DNA from: Promethearchaeota archaeon
Lineage (GTDB): Archaea; Asgardarchaeota; Thorarchaeia; Thorarchaeales; Thorarchaeaceae
Reading direction: 5' to 3'
NCBI GenBank assembly: GCA_048937485.1
Contig: JBHLND010000002.1
Span: 7,068-49,997 of the forward strand
DNA: 42,930 nucleotides
In this document: positions 8,094 through 15,515 of the stretch, piece by piece
Layout: the number at the start of each line of letters is the position of its first letter
How positions within the stretch are numbered: position 1 is the stretch's first letter
Program-made: the position numbers and the translations under genes
The notes under the pieces: model-generated
Told to the model about the DNA's origin: nothing
Seen by the model: only the letters and a program-made list of their open reading frames with translations
Database searches by the model: none

Positions 8094-9107
8094 ATGACAA
8101 GAATCGAAACTGCTCACGGTGCCGGTGGCAAGATTATGCAGCGGCTACTTGAGGATACCATTATTCCCTCCTTTGGAAAGCGTCGTCTTGGTCCGATTGG
8201 TCTTGATGAGATGGATGACGGCGCAACGTTAACGGTTGAGGAGGATGGAATTATCGTCTGCACTGATGCCCACACAGTTCACCCGCTGTTCTTCCCTGGA
8301 GGAAACATTGGGTCTCTTACAGCATGTGGGACAGTTAATGACATAGCTGTCATGGGTGCAAGGCCAATTGCCATGACTAATACAGTCATCGTGGAGGAAG
8401 ACTTTGAGATTGATATGCTCAAGAAAATCTTGTCATCTCTTAATGACATCATTGAACCACTTGATATTGCCATGATAGCAGGTGACACGAAAGTCATGCC
8501 AAAAGGTACGCTTGACCAGCTCGTCATGTCCACAACGGGGATTGGAATAGTCTATGGAGACCGGCCGGTTTCAGACGCTGGTGCTCTTGTTGGAGATGAC
8601 CTCCTTGTCACAGGCTCAATTGGTGATCATGGTACGTCTCTTCTAGCACACCGCGAAGGCCTAGAGTTTGAAACCGACCTGATTAGCGATGTAGCGCCTC
8701 TCTGGGTACCAATACGTGACTGTCTTGAGGTAGGTGGCGTCCATGCCATGAAGGATCCAACCAGAGGCGGTACGGCAGTGGCTTTGAATGAGATTGCATC
8801 TAAATCAAGACTGGAGCTTGAGATTGAGGAGGAATACATTCCGGTACGTCCAGCAGTGAGGTCCATCTGCGAAATACTTGGCCTAAATCCGCTGCATATG
8901 AGTTGTGAAGGTACGGTCGTGATGGCCGTAGATTCATCAAAGACTGATGAACTACTGACAGCTCTACGCCGTCACAAGGCAACAGAAGGGGCAAAGGTAA
9001 TTGGGAGATTCAAGGAAGGAAAAGCCCGAGTCACAATGCGAACGACGGTGGGCGGCAGGAGAATCATTCAGGTGCCTTACGGAGAACCAATCCCCCGTGT
9101 TTGCTAG
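8094..9107 (+). CDS. hypE: hydrogenase maturation carbamoyl dehydratase HypE
   Basis: AIR-synthase-like fold motifs (HGAGG, DDGA, TDAHTVHPLFFPGGNIGSLTACGTVNDIAVMGARP) and the diagnostic C-terminal PRVC. I chose ATG 8094 because GGAGG lies 8 nt upstream; the track ORF begins at 8052. Confidence 0.9.
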   Translation: MTRIETAHGAGGKIMQRLLEDTIIPSFGKRRLGPIGLDEMDDGATLTVEEDGIIVCTDAHTVHPLFFPGGNIGSLTACGTVNDIAVMGARPIAMTNTVIVEEDFEIDMLKKILSSLNDIIEPLDIAMIAGDTKVMPKGTLDQLVMSTTGIGIVYGDRPVSDAGALVGDDLLVTGSIGDHGTSLLAHREGLEFETDLISDVAPLWVPIRDCLEVGGVHAMKDPTRGGTAVALNEIASKSRLELEIEEEYIPVRPAVRSICEILGLNPLHMSCEGTVVMAVDSSKTDELLTALRRHKATEGAKVIGRFKEGKARVTMRTTVGGRRIIQVPYGEPIPRVC

Positions 9108-9127
9108 AAAATGTTAACCTGAAGCAA

Positions 9128-9682
9128 TTAGTCGAAGCCCAATTCTGCTTTGGCCTCTGCTTCCTGTTGACTCTCCAATATGCGCTTCATCTTGAATTTT
9201 AGCTGAGCTTTCATTTTGACCCTGTCCGAATCCAAGCCAAAGTAGTCTGCAAAGAGTTGTGTTGTCTTCAGGAGTTTGCTTCGCCCTTCCGGCACTGCGT
9301 CTATGAACTTCTTTTCCATGAGCTCTTTAATGTGGTCATAGCAATGCGTGCCTCTTTGTGCTACAAGCTCCGATTGCAGAATTGGTTGTTTTAAAGCGAC
9401 ATAAACAAGCGTCTGCAATGTTGCAAAGGATAGCAAGCCTCCTGGTATCAACCTGGCCACCTCTGGAGTAAGCTCAGGTTTGAGCTGCATCACATATCTC
9501 TCACGAGGAAGCTCCACTACCTCTAGAGCCCCTTTTCGTTTTCTGTACTCAAAACCGAGGTTTTCAAGTAGTCTCTTAGTAGTTGATTCTGCTTTACCTA
9601 TGATGGAGGCAAGCTCATCCAATGCAATTGGTCTGCCAGCCACGTAAAGGGCCGCTTCAAGCTTGACTACATCCTCGTCCAA
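9128..9682 (-). CDS. scpB: segregation and condensation protein B (ScpB)
   Basis: LEAALYVAGRPIALDELASIIG... tandem winged-helix pattern. Lies immediately downstream of scpA (9-nt gap). Confidence 0.85.
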   Translation of the reverse strand: MDEDVVKLEAALYVAGRPIALDELASIIGKAESTTKRLLENLGFEYRKRKGALEVVELPRERYVMQLKPELTPEVARLIPGGLLSFATLQTLVYVALKQPILQSELVAQRGTHCYDHIKELMEKKFIDAVPEGRSKLLKTTQLFADYFGLDSDRVKMKAQLKFKMKRILESQQEAEAKAELGFD

Positions 9683-9691
9683 CTACATCAC

Positions 9692-10411
9692 CTATGGTTC
9701 AATTACTGATTCCGCTACTGCTTCTTCGTCTTCTTCCTCTGGAGGTGGAGGAGATTGAAGCTTGACCCAGATCACGTCTTCTTCATCCATCCATATGTCT
9801 ATGTACGCCCTAGCAAAGAGATGAAGAAGTGCAAAGAACACGCGCACAATCTCTCGCCGGGTGTTATTCATAAGCAGCTCAACAAAACTGGAAACTTCTC
9901 CAATCTTCATTACCTTACACAGGTCTGAATAGACTTCAGAGATGTTCTCTTCAACATCTGCACGCATGGACTCCATTTTGAAGGCCAGCGGGTCCGCTCT
10001 TGTGCTGTATCTTCTTCTCCTTGATGGACTAGAGCGTTGGCGAACGCCTTTGCTCATCACCCGATCCATGGCAATAAGCAGCTCTTCCAATGTTACTCTC
10101 TGATTGCCAACTCTAAATGGAGGGCGAATTAAGGGAATAATCAGTTCTTCATCATCATCCATATCTTCAGGCGGAAGTAAACCAAGCTCAACAAGTTCTT
10201 TCGTTTTCTTCATGAATATGACAGAAGCTGAATACAGAGCGCTTCCTGAGATTCGAAAATCAATATCACCCAGTAGCCTCATCTCTTTGAGAAATCCCGC
10301 CACAAGTTTCCCGACATTAACATTCCAGGGCTCAACCTTGTCAAGCTGAAGGACATCGGTCAATAGAATATATGGCGGAACCGCCCAGAATGGAGCGTTC
10401 TCTTCGCTCAT
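9692..10411 (-). CDS. scpA: segregation and condensation protein A (kleisin ScpA)
   Basis: The N-terminal LDKVEPWNVNVGKLVAGFLKEM and C-terminal winged-helix pattern match kleisins. Its start overlaps the smc stop in an ATGA (10408-10411), implying translational coupling. Confidence 0.85.
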   Translation of the reverse strand: MSEENAPFWAVPPYILLTDVLQLDKVEPWNVNVGKLVAGFLKEMRLLGDIDFRISGSALYSASVIFMKKTKELVELGLLPPEDMDDDEELIIPLIRPPFRVGNQRVTLEELLIAMDRVMSKGVRQRSSPSRRRRYSTRADPLAFKMESMRADVEENISEVYSDLCKVMKIGEVSSFVELLMNNTRREIVRVFFALLHLFARAYIDIWMDEEDVIWVKLQSPPPPEEEDEEAVAESVIEP

Positions 10412-13400
10412 GCTGTTGAACCAACCTCCTCCAGATCAACCTTAACAATGCGTGATATTCCGTCTTGGTTGGAAACTCCTATCAATAGGTCTGCCTTCTG
10501 CACAGTAGTATCTCTTAGTGACACGACAACAAATTGAGATGACTTGGACATTTCGGATATCAGAAGCGCGACGTTATGAGCATTGACGTCGTCAAGAGCT
10601 GCATCAATCTCATCGAATATGTAAAAGCTGGCTGGATTATACATCTGAATTGCGAAGATTAGCGCAAGTCCAGTAATCGTCTTCTCACCCCCGCTCATGG
10701 CATCTAAGGTTACAAGCTCCTTTCCTCTGGGCTTGGACTTGACAGTGATTCCTCCCATCAAAGGATGCTCTGGATTCTCAAGCATGAGGGTCGCTTCTCC
10801 ACCAGGTGAGAGCTTGGAGAACACGAGGGCAAAATTATCAGCAATATCATTATAGACTTGAAGAAACTTGCGTGTTTTTTCTGCCTCTATCTCTTCCATG
10901 AACGCAAGAATCTCTTTGTGTTCCTCTTCAAGGCTAGCTTTCTTGTCCACAATCTCCTCATATCTGTCCTTTTCTATATCATAGTCTGTGAGGGACTTGA
11001 GATTCACTGGCCCCAGGGCCTCTAATTCTCTCTCACGCTCCTTAATCTTCTCGTCAAAATCATCAATTTCCTTGTAGGTCAGCTCTCTCAGAGAAATTCT
11101 CTTTGCGATTTCTTCATCCGCCTTTGCGACTTCGTTAAGCTCTGCAACATAACCAACCATATCTGTTTCCAGACGTGACTGTTCCGTTTGGAGTCGATAA
11201 ACTGCTTTCTCATTTGCAGTCTGTTCTTCTCGAATCTCTTCATGTCTCAATCTGAAGTTGCGAAGCTGTTCTTTAAGCTCAAGCTGAAGGACACGCTTGT
11301 CCTTTACCGCATCATCAATCTTCTCTCGTTCCGATTTGAGCTTTAGAAAGTCCTTTTCCTTCTTTGATAGCTCATCCTCAAAGGCCTTCACTTTTTCATC
11401 TAGCGACGGAATGCCTTTGACAAGAGTCTGATAGCGAAGGTCAAACTCCATTAGTTTCGGTTTCAGTCTCTCTTCAAGCGCAACTCTTAGAGATGTTATT
11501 TCACTAGTTAATGCTTCACGTTCCTTCTTGTGATGAGCAATGACCTCCTTCAGGTCTTTCAAGTACTGCGTGAGTTTTGCTGTATCTGATGTGGCCAGCT
11601 GCTCATTGACATCATCTCTCTGTTCTCGAACCATCTCCCGATGTTCCGTTAGCTCACCATCTCTTTCGGTAAGCTCAGCGATCTGCTTCTCCAATGCCTC
11701 AATTGTGACATTGGCTGTTTCAATTCGGCCTTTCAGAACTTCAGAACGATTCTCTCTCTCTTTCAAACGCTCTTCATGCCCATCTAGTTCTAATTTGGCT
11801 CGATAGTTTGACCTAGAAAGGTCCTGTATCTCTTGATCATGGATGTTCTTCTGTCGTCTTAGGTTCTCCTGCTGTGTTCTGAGTTCAGACAGTATCTCTT
11901 CAAGACCTTTCAATTTCTCTGCAATTTGAGGGCTAATATCCTTCTCCTGCAAGGAGAGTCCCACATCAGCACGGTGATAATGTCCACCTGTAATCAAACC
12001 GGATTTCTCCACCAGATCGCCCTCGAGAGACACTGCTCTCAGTCCCTTGAATCCTAGCTTCTTCGCGGTTTCAAAATCTTCAGTGACAAAGGTGTCTGAA
12101 AACACGAACTCGAACGCTGGACGCATTTTCGAATCAAAAGTGACAAGATCTATTGCATAGCCAATAATCCCATCATCCTTCGGTAGCTTCCCGGGAGCTC
12201 GAGATTTTATTCTATTGAGAGGAATGAATGATGCTCTGCCTACACGTTCTCTCTTCAAGAAGTCGACGCAGTCACTTGCAACATCATCATTCTCCACTAC
12301 CACATATGATAGGCGGCTCCCTCCAGCTACTTCAAGCGCTGTAGCATACTCTGGATTAATGACACCAAGCTCCGCAACAGTTCCGTAAATTCCTTCGATG
12401 GTGCTTGAGTCACGTAGTTCAAGCACCCTTGCAAGGGCTCGCTTTCTCTTTAAGAACGCCTCCTCTGCATCCTTTAGAGCGTCTTGTCGAGCTTGAACGC
12501 GAATCAGTTCTTCTCTTGTAGCCTTTACAATTCTCGCCGATTCTTTCTCCTCTTTGTCAACAGTGGCTAGCTGTTCCTCTAGGCTCTCTACCTTAGACCG
12601 CTTGGATGCTTCTTCTTCTTCTGACTTCTGGAGTCCATCACGCTTGACAGGAATGACTCTTCTCAGTTCTGCAAGCTCATTGTCAGTTCTTTCCAAGAGA
12701 TCCTTTGCATCGCGAAGCTCTTCGTAAGCCATGCCCAATTCCTTACTGTCACTCTTTATAGCTGAGCGAACCTCAGAAACACCCTCATCAAGCATTCTCA
12801 TCTGATTGTTGAGATCTTGCATTCGCTGAGTAGCTTCAAGCACACTCTCCTGTTCCTTCTCAATGTGATTCTCCAAATTATCAATTTTAGAGGCACACTC
12901 TGAAATTTCATCATCAAGTCTTGCTAGTTCCTGGTCCTTTTCACCAATGAGGGATTTGGAGCCGCTTATCTGTTCCTGAATAGACTCCATCTCCACATGA
13001 AGTGCATCTCTCTCACTTGTAGCGGCATTAAACTCGCTTTTGGAACGTTCCAAGTCACTCTTGGCATGGTCTACTGCTGCCGAAACGACTCCATATTGCT
13101 CTGAAACTCTAGCTGAGGCCCCACCTGTTATCTCGTCTATTTCTGCATCTATCCCATCAATCTGTTCTTCAGTGGCTTTGACCTTTTCCTCAACCTCTGC
13201 CTGTTCCCTGACAAGTTTCTCTGCTTCCTCAGCTCTCTCTGCTAGTGTTTCATGAATTGCTTCAATTCGATTCTTGCCCTTCACTGTTCTCCATGCGAGA
13301 CTGTCAATCGAAATCTGGCGAATTTGATTTGTCAGTTTCTGATGTCGTAAAGCATCCGTCCTCTCTTCATCAAGCTTCTCAAGCTGTCGTCTTCGTTCCT

Positions 13401-13998
13401 GTAATTGCATCTCTACTTTTCCAAGATTAGCCTCACTCTCTGCCAATTTCTTCAGAGCACGTTCTTTTTGCTCGTCATAGGCCGCTATTCCAGCAATCTC
13501 CTCAATTAACTTACGACGGTCAATTGGACTTACTTTCACAATCTGTGCAATTTCGCCCTGAAGAACAAGATTGTACCCGTTCGGATCAACCCCGATAGCG
13601 CCTAGTATGTCAAGAACTGTTGTTCTTGTCACAACTTTACCATTGATTCTACAAACGGATTTTCCAGAATCGTCAAGTTCTCTCTCAATAACAACCTTGT
13701 CCGCTTCAATCTGTAGCTTCCTATCACGATTATCAAAGTGCAGTTCAACTACAGCAGATTTTGCCTTTGGTGGCATATTGGGTTTTGGTGGAGAGTATAG
13801 AAGGTCTGAGAATACATTTGCTCGAAGCGTCTTGGCACTCAGCTGACCAAGGACAAAAAGAATCGCATCAACAACATTCGATTTACCGGAGCCATTGGGA
13901 CCAACAATACAAGTGAATCCCTTACTGAGATTAATCGTTACATTCTCTCGTCCAAATGACTTGAAGCCCCTGCACACCAGCTTGTCAATATGGACCAA
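10408..13998 (-). CDS. smc: chromosome segregation ATPase SMC (condensin)
   Basis: Walker A GPNGSGKSN, hinge GIYGTVAELG...ALEVAGG, signature SGGEKT, Walker B FYIFDEIDAALD, and long coiled coils (1196 aa). The TTG start is forced (see findings). Confidence 0.95.
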   Translation of the reverse strand: MVHIDKLVCRGFKSFGRENVTINLSKGFTCIVGPNGSGKSNVVDAILFVLGQLSAKTLRANVFSDLLYSPPKPNMPPKAKSAVVELHFDNRDRKLQIEADKVVIERELDDSGKSVCRINGKVVTRTTVLDILGAIGVDPNGYNLVLQGEIAQIVKVSPIDRRKLIEEIAGIAAYDEQKERALKKLAESEANLGKVEMQLQERRRQLEKLDEERTDALRHQKLTNQIRQISIDSLAWRTVKGKNRIEAIHETLAERAEEAEKLVREQAEVEEKVKATEEQIDGIDAEIDEITGGASARVSEQYGVVSAAVDHAKSDLERSKSEFNAATSERDALHVEMESIQEQISGSKSLIGEKDQELARLDDEISECASKIDNLENHIEKEQESVLEATQRMQDLNNQMRMLDEGVSEVRSAIKSDSKELGMAYEELRDAKDLLERTDNELAELRRVIPVKRDGLQKSEEEEASKRSKVESLEEQLATVDKEEKESARIVKATREELIRVQARQDALKDAEEAFLKRKRALARVLELRDSSTIEGIYGTVAELGVINPEYATALEVAGGSRLSYVVVENDDVASDCVDFLKRERVGRASFIPLNRIKSRAPGKLPKDDGIIGYAIDLVTFDSKMRPAFEFVFSDTFVTEDFETAKKLGFKGLRAVSLEGDLVEKSGLITGGHYHRADVGLSLQEKDISPQIAEKLKGLEEILSELRTQQENLRRQKNIHDQEIQDLSRSNYRAKLELDGHEERLKERENRSEVLKGRIETANVTIEALEKQIAELTERDGELTEHREMVREQRDDVNEQLATSDTAKLTQYLKDLKEVIAHHKKEREALTSEITSLRVALEERLKPKLMEFDLRYQTLVKGIPSLDEKVKAFEDELSKKEKDFLKLKSEREKIDDAVKDKRVLQLELKEQLRNFRLRHEEIREEQTANEKAVYRLQTEQSRLETDMVGYVAELNEVAKADEEIAKRISLRELTYKEIDDFDEKIKERERELEALGPVNLKSLTDYDIEKDRYEEIVDKKASLEEEHKEILAFMEEIEAEKTRKFLQVYNDIADNFALVFSKLSPGGEATLMLENPEHPLMGGITVKSKPRGKELVTLDAMSGGEKTITGLALIFAIQMYNPASFYIFDEIDAALDDVNAHNVALLISEMSKSSQFVVVSLRDTTVQKADLLIGVSNQDGISRIVKVDLEEVGSTA

Positions 13999-14154
13999 GA
14001 TGCATTCCCTTCCAACTATCTACCAACACTCAAAGACTTTGGCGTGTCTACATCGAACATCCTCCACAGCCCCTAATATGGTTGGTACTACCCGTGTAAT
14101 ACCCTGACCATATTCAGGTATTGCTGTGTGTACCTAGATGAGCATACTATAGCC

Positions 14155-14161
14155 AAAAAAA
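14155..14161 (-). terminator. T7 tract (minus strand) downstream of the Roadblock gene; candidate archaeal oligo-T terminator
   Basis: The plus strand shows A7 at 14155-14161, i.e. TTTTTTT on the coding strand about 33 nt after the stop of ORF 14194-14586. Confidence 0.3.
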
Positions 14162-14193
14162 GGTAGCTCTGTGGTTCCGGAGCGCCCTCTTGA

Positions 14194-14586
14194 TTAATCT
14201 AGCATTGACAATAGGGCGCGTTTCAAGGCCATTCGAATGAGGCCCATAGATTCGCGCGCTCCTTCACCTGCAATTCCAGCCAGCACTATTTTGACATCGC
14301 CTAGGACGACAATGAATCCATTATCTGCAGCAATTGACACTTCCTTTAAGCCGCCCTTGTCCAGACCACTCGCCAGCTGAGATGAGTTTGATGCAATCTT
14401 TACCGCTAGAGATGCAATGTCAGAGTGCTTCACTCCTGCAGCAACAGTGTGGCCAAAGACCACATCTCCTTTTGCGTTGCAAACTACAATTCCTTCAAGA
14501 TTCTCATTCGCTGACATTGTGTTTGCCACGACTTTCTCAATCTTGGATTTGTCGACCATCTCAAAATTTCCTCCGTGCGATGCCAT
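14194..14586 (-). CDS. Roadblock/LC7 (MglB-like) domain protein
   Basis: IEKVVANTMSANENLEGIVVCNAKGDVVFGH...ASLAVKIASNSSQLASGLDKGGLKEVSIAADNGFIVVLGDVKIVLAGIAG follows the alpha-beta-alpha Roadblock pattern seen in the three paralogues at 17.4-19.3 kb. Confidence 0.75.
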   Translation of the reverse strand: MASHGGNFEMVDKSKIEKVVANTMSANENLEGIVVCNAKGDVVFGHTVAAGVKHSDIASLAVKIASNSSQLASGLDKGGLKEVSIAADNGFIVVLGDVKIVLAGIAGEGARESMGLIRMALKRALLSMLD

Positions 14587-14701
14587 ACATGTCTACATTG
14601 TGTGGGGTTTGAGTCGTTTATATGTTATGCGTTGGTAGGTGTTGTTCTGCTCGCAACGAATATATCACACCTGAAACTTCCAAATTGAAGGGGGTGGCTA
14701 C

Positions 14702-15424
14702 GTGAAACGGCGTAAGAAATCTGGTTTCATAATGATTGCTTGTATCTTGTTCCTACCAGCGTTTGTTGTTGCGAACAACCAGGGTTTAAGATGGGCCGTA
14801 CAGATCGGAAATAGGCACGAGTTTTCCTTCACCTTTAGGCAGGTTGAGCATCGTACTGGCTGGCCAGATGAAGTGATAGCAATTAATGATGAAGCTATTT
14901 ACTTTGAAGTTGTGGATCTTCCCACTATCCCTGACAATATCCAATATGTTGAAGAACTAGTCTATCCGGAGATTTCCCTACATTATGAGAATGGGACTCC
15001 ACTGTCACTTTCAGATTCCCGTGTGCATTTCGCATATATTGATGGAATATTCATAGCGCCTGTGGGCAATTGGCAATTGCTGACCTCATTACCGTCCAAT
15101 ATGACCACCACAACAACTACAACAACAACAGTCACATACGAACACGAAGTAACACGTATAGACAATCTCATACACTGGGGCTGGACGTCTTCATACTCTG
15201 ATTCATGGAGTTCGCAAAACATAACCCAGGAATACTACAAATCAGATGGAGTTCTTGGCTACCTTTCACTTAACATAACAGCTTACAATGACTTCTCCAC
15301 ATTGATATCATTCGAACGATTGAATCCGCCCTCAGCTATCGGACTTGTCGAGCTCAGTCTAATCATTGGAGGAGCAGCCGCTGTTGTCATTGTTGCTATC
15401 ATTATTATAAAACGAAAAACATAG
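14702..15424 (+). CDS. surface protein with signal/anchor, poly-Thr linker and C-terminal TM + KRK tail
   Basis: N-terminal hydrophobic segment, a run of nine Thr, several N-x-S/T sequons, and a C-terminal TM (LIIGGAAAVVIVAIIII) followed by KRKT. Distant paralogue of ORF 32760-33413. GTG start. Confidence 0.6.
   Translation: MKRRKKSGFIMIACILFLPAFVVANNQGLRWAVQIGNRHEFSFTFRQVEHRTGWPDEVIAINDEAIYFEVVDLPTIPDNIQYVEELVYPEISLHYENGTPLSLSDSRVHFAYIDGIFIAPVGNWQLLTSLPSNMTTTTTTTTTVTYEHEVTRIDNLIHWGWTSSYSDSWSSQNITQEYYKSDGVLGYLSLNITAYNDFSTLISFERLNPPSAIGLVELSLIIGGAAAVVIVAIIIIKRKT
15104..15130 (+). repeat. ACC/ACA/ACT codon run encoding nine consecutive Thr
   Basis: ACCACCACAACAACTACAACAACAACA read directly from the sequence. 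It lies inside CDS 14702-15424, preceded by the sequon N-M-T. Confidence 0.9.
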
Positions 15425-15515
15425 ACAGTCATCTCACACTTTCAACAAGAAAATCGTGAAAGACCTTTTAACTGCAAATGTGAACTCCCTCACACCTTTT
15501 TGAGGTAGAATTAAC

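Noticed and set aside
11540-13846. Several 60-90-aa plus-strand ORFs inside smc. Similar antisense ORFs occur inside other genes, e.g. 15686-16102, 21442-22056, 33780-34124, 36541-36939, 39896-40213.
   Set aside because: They lie antisense to long, well-supported genes. They have Ser/Leu/Pro-rich shadow-ORF composition and no start-site signals. They are typical frame shadows of Glu/Lys/Leu-rich coding sequence.
10408-13998. SMC-family ATPase as a possible defence system (Wadjet/Lamassu-type) rather than housekeeping condensin
   Set aside because: It is full length (1196 aa) with a canonical hinge, Walker A/B and signature motifs. It is translationally coupled (ATGA) to a kleisin ScpA, followed by ScpB. 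That is the standard chromosomal condensin operon, and no nuclease or JetD-like partner is present.
15104-15130. ACA/ACC trinucleotide run as a possible CRISPR fragment, microsatellite marker or slippage-prone contingency locus
   Set aside because: It is in frame within a surface-protein gene and encodes a poly-Thr linker. The codons are mixed (ACC, ACA, ACT), so the repeat is imperfect and poorly suited to slippage. It has no spacer-repeat architecture.
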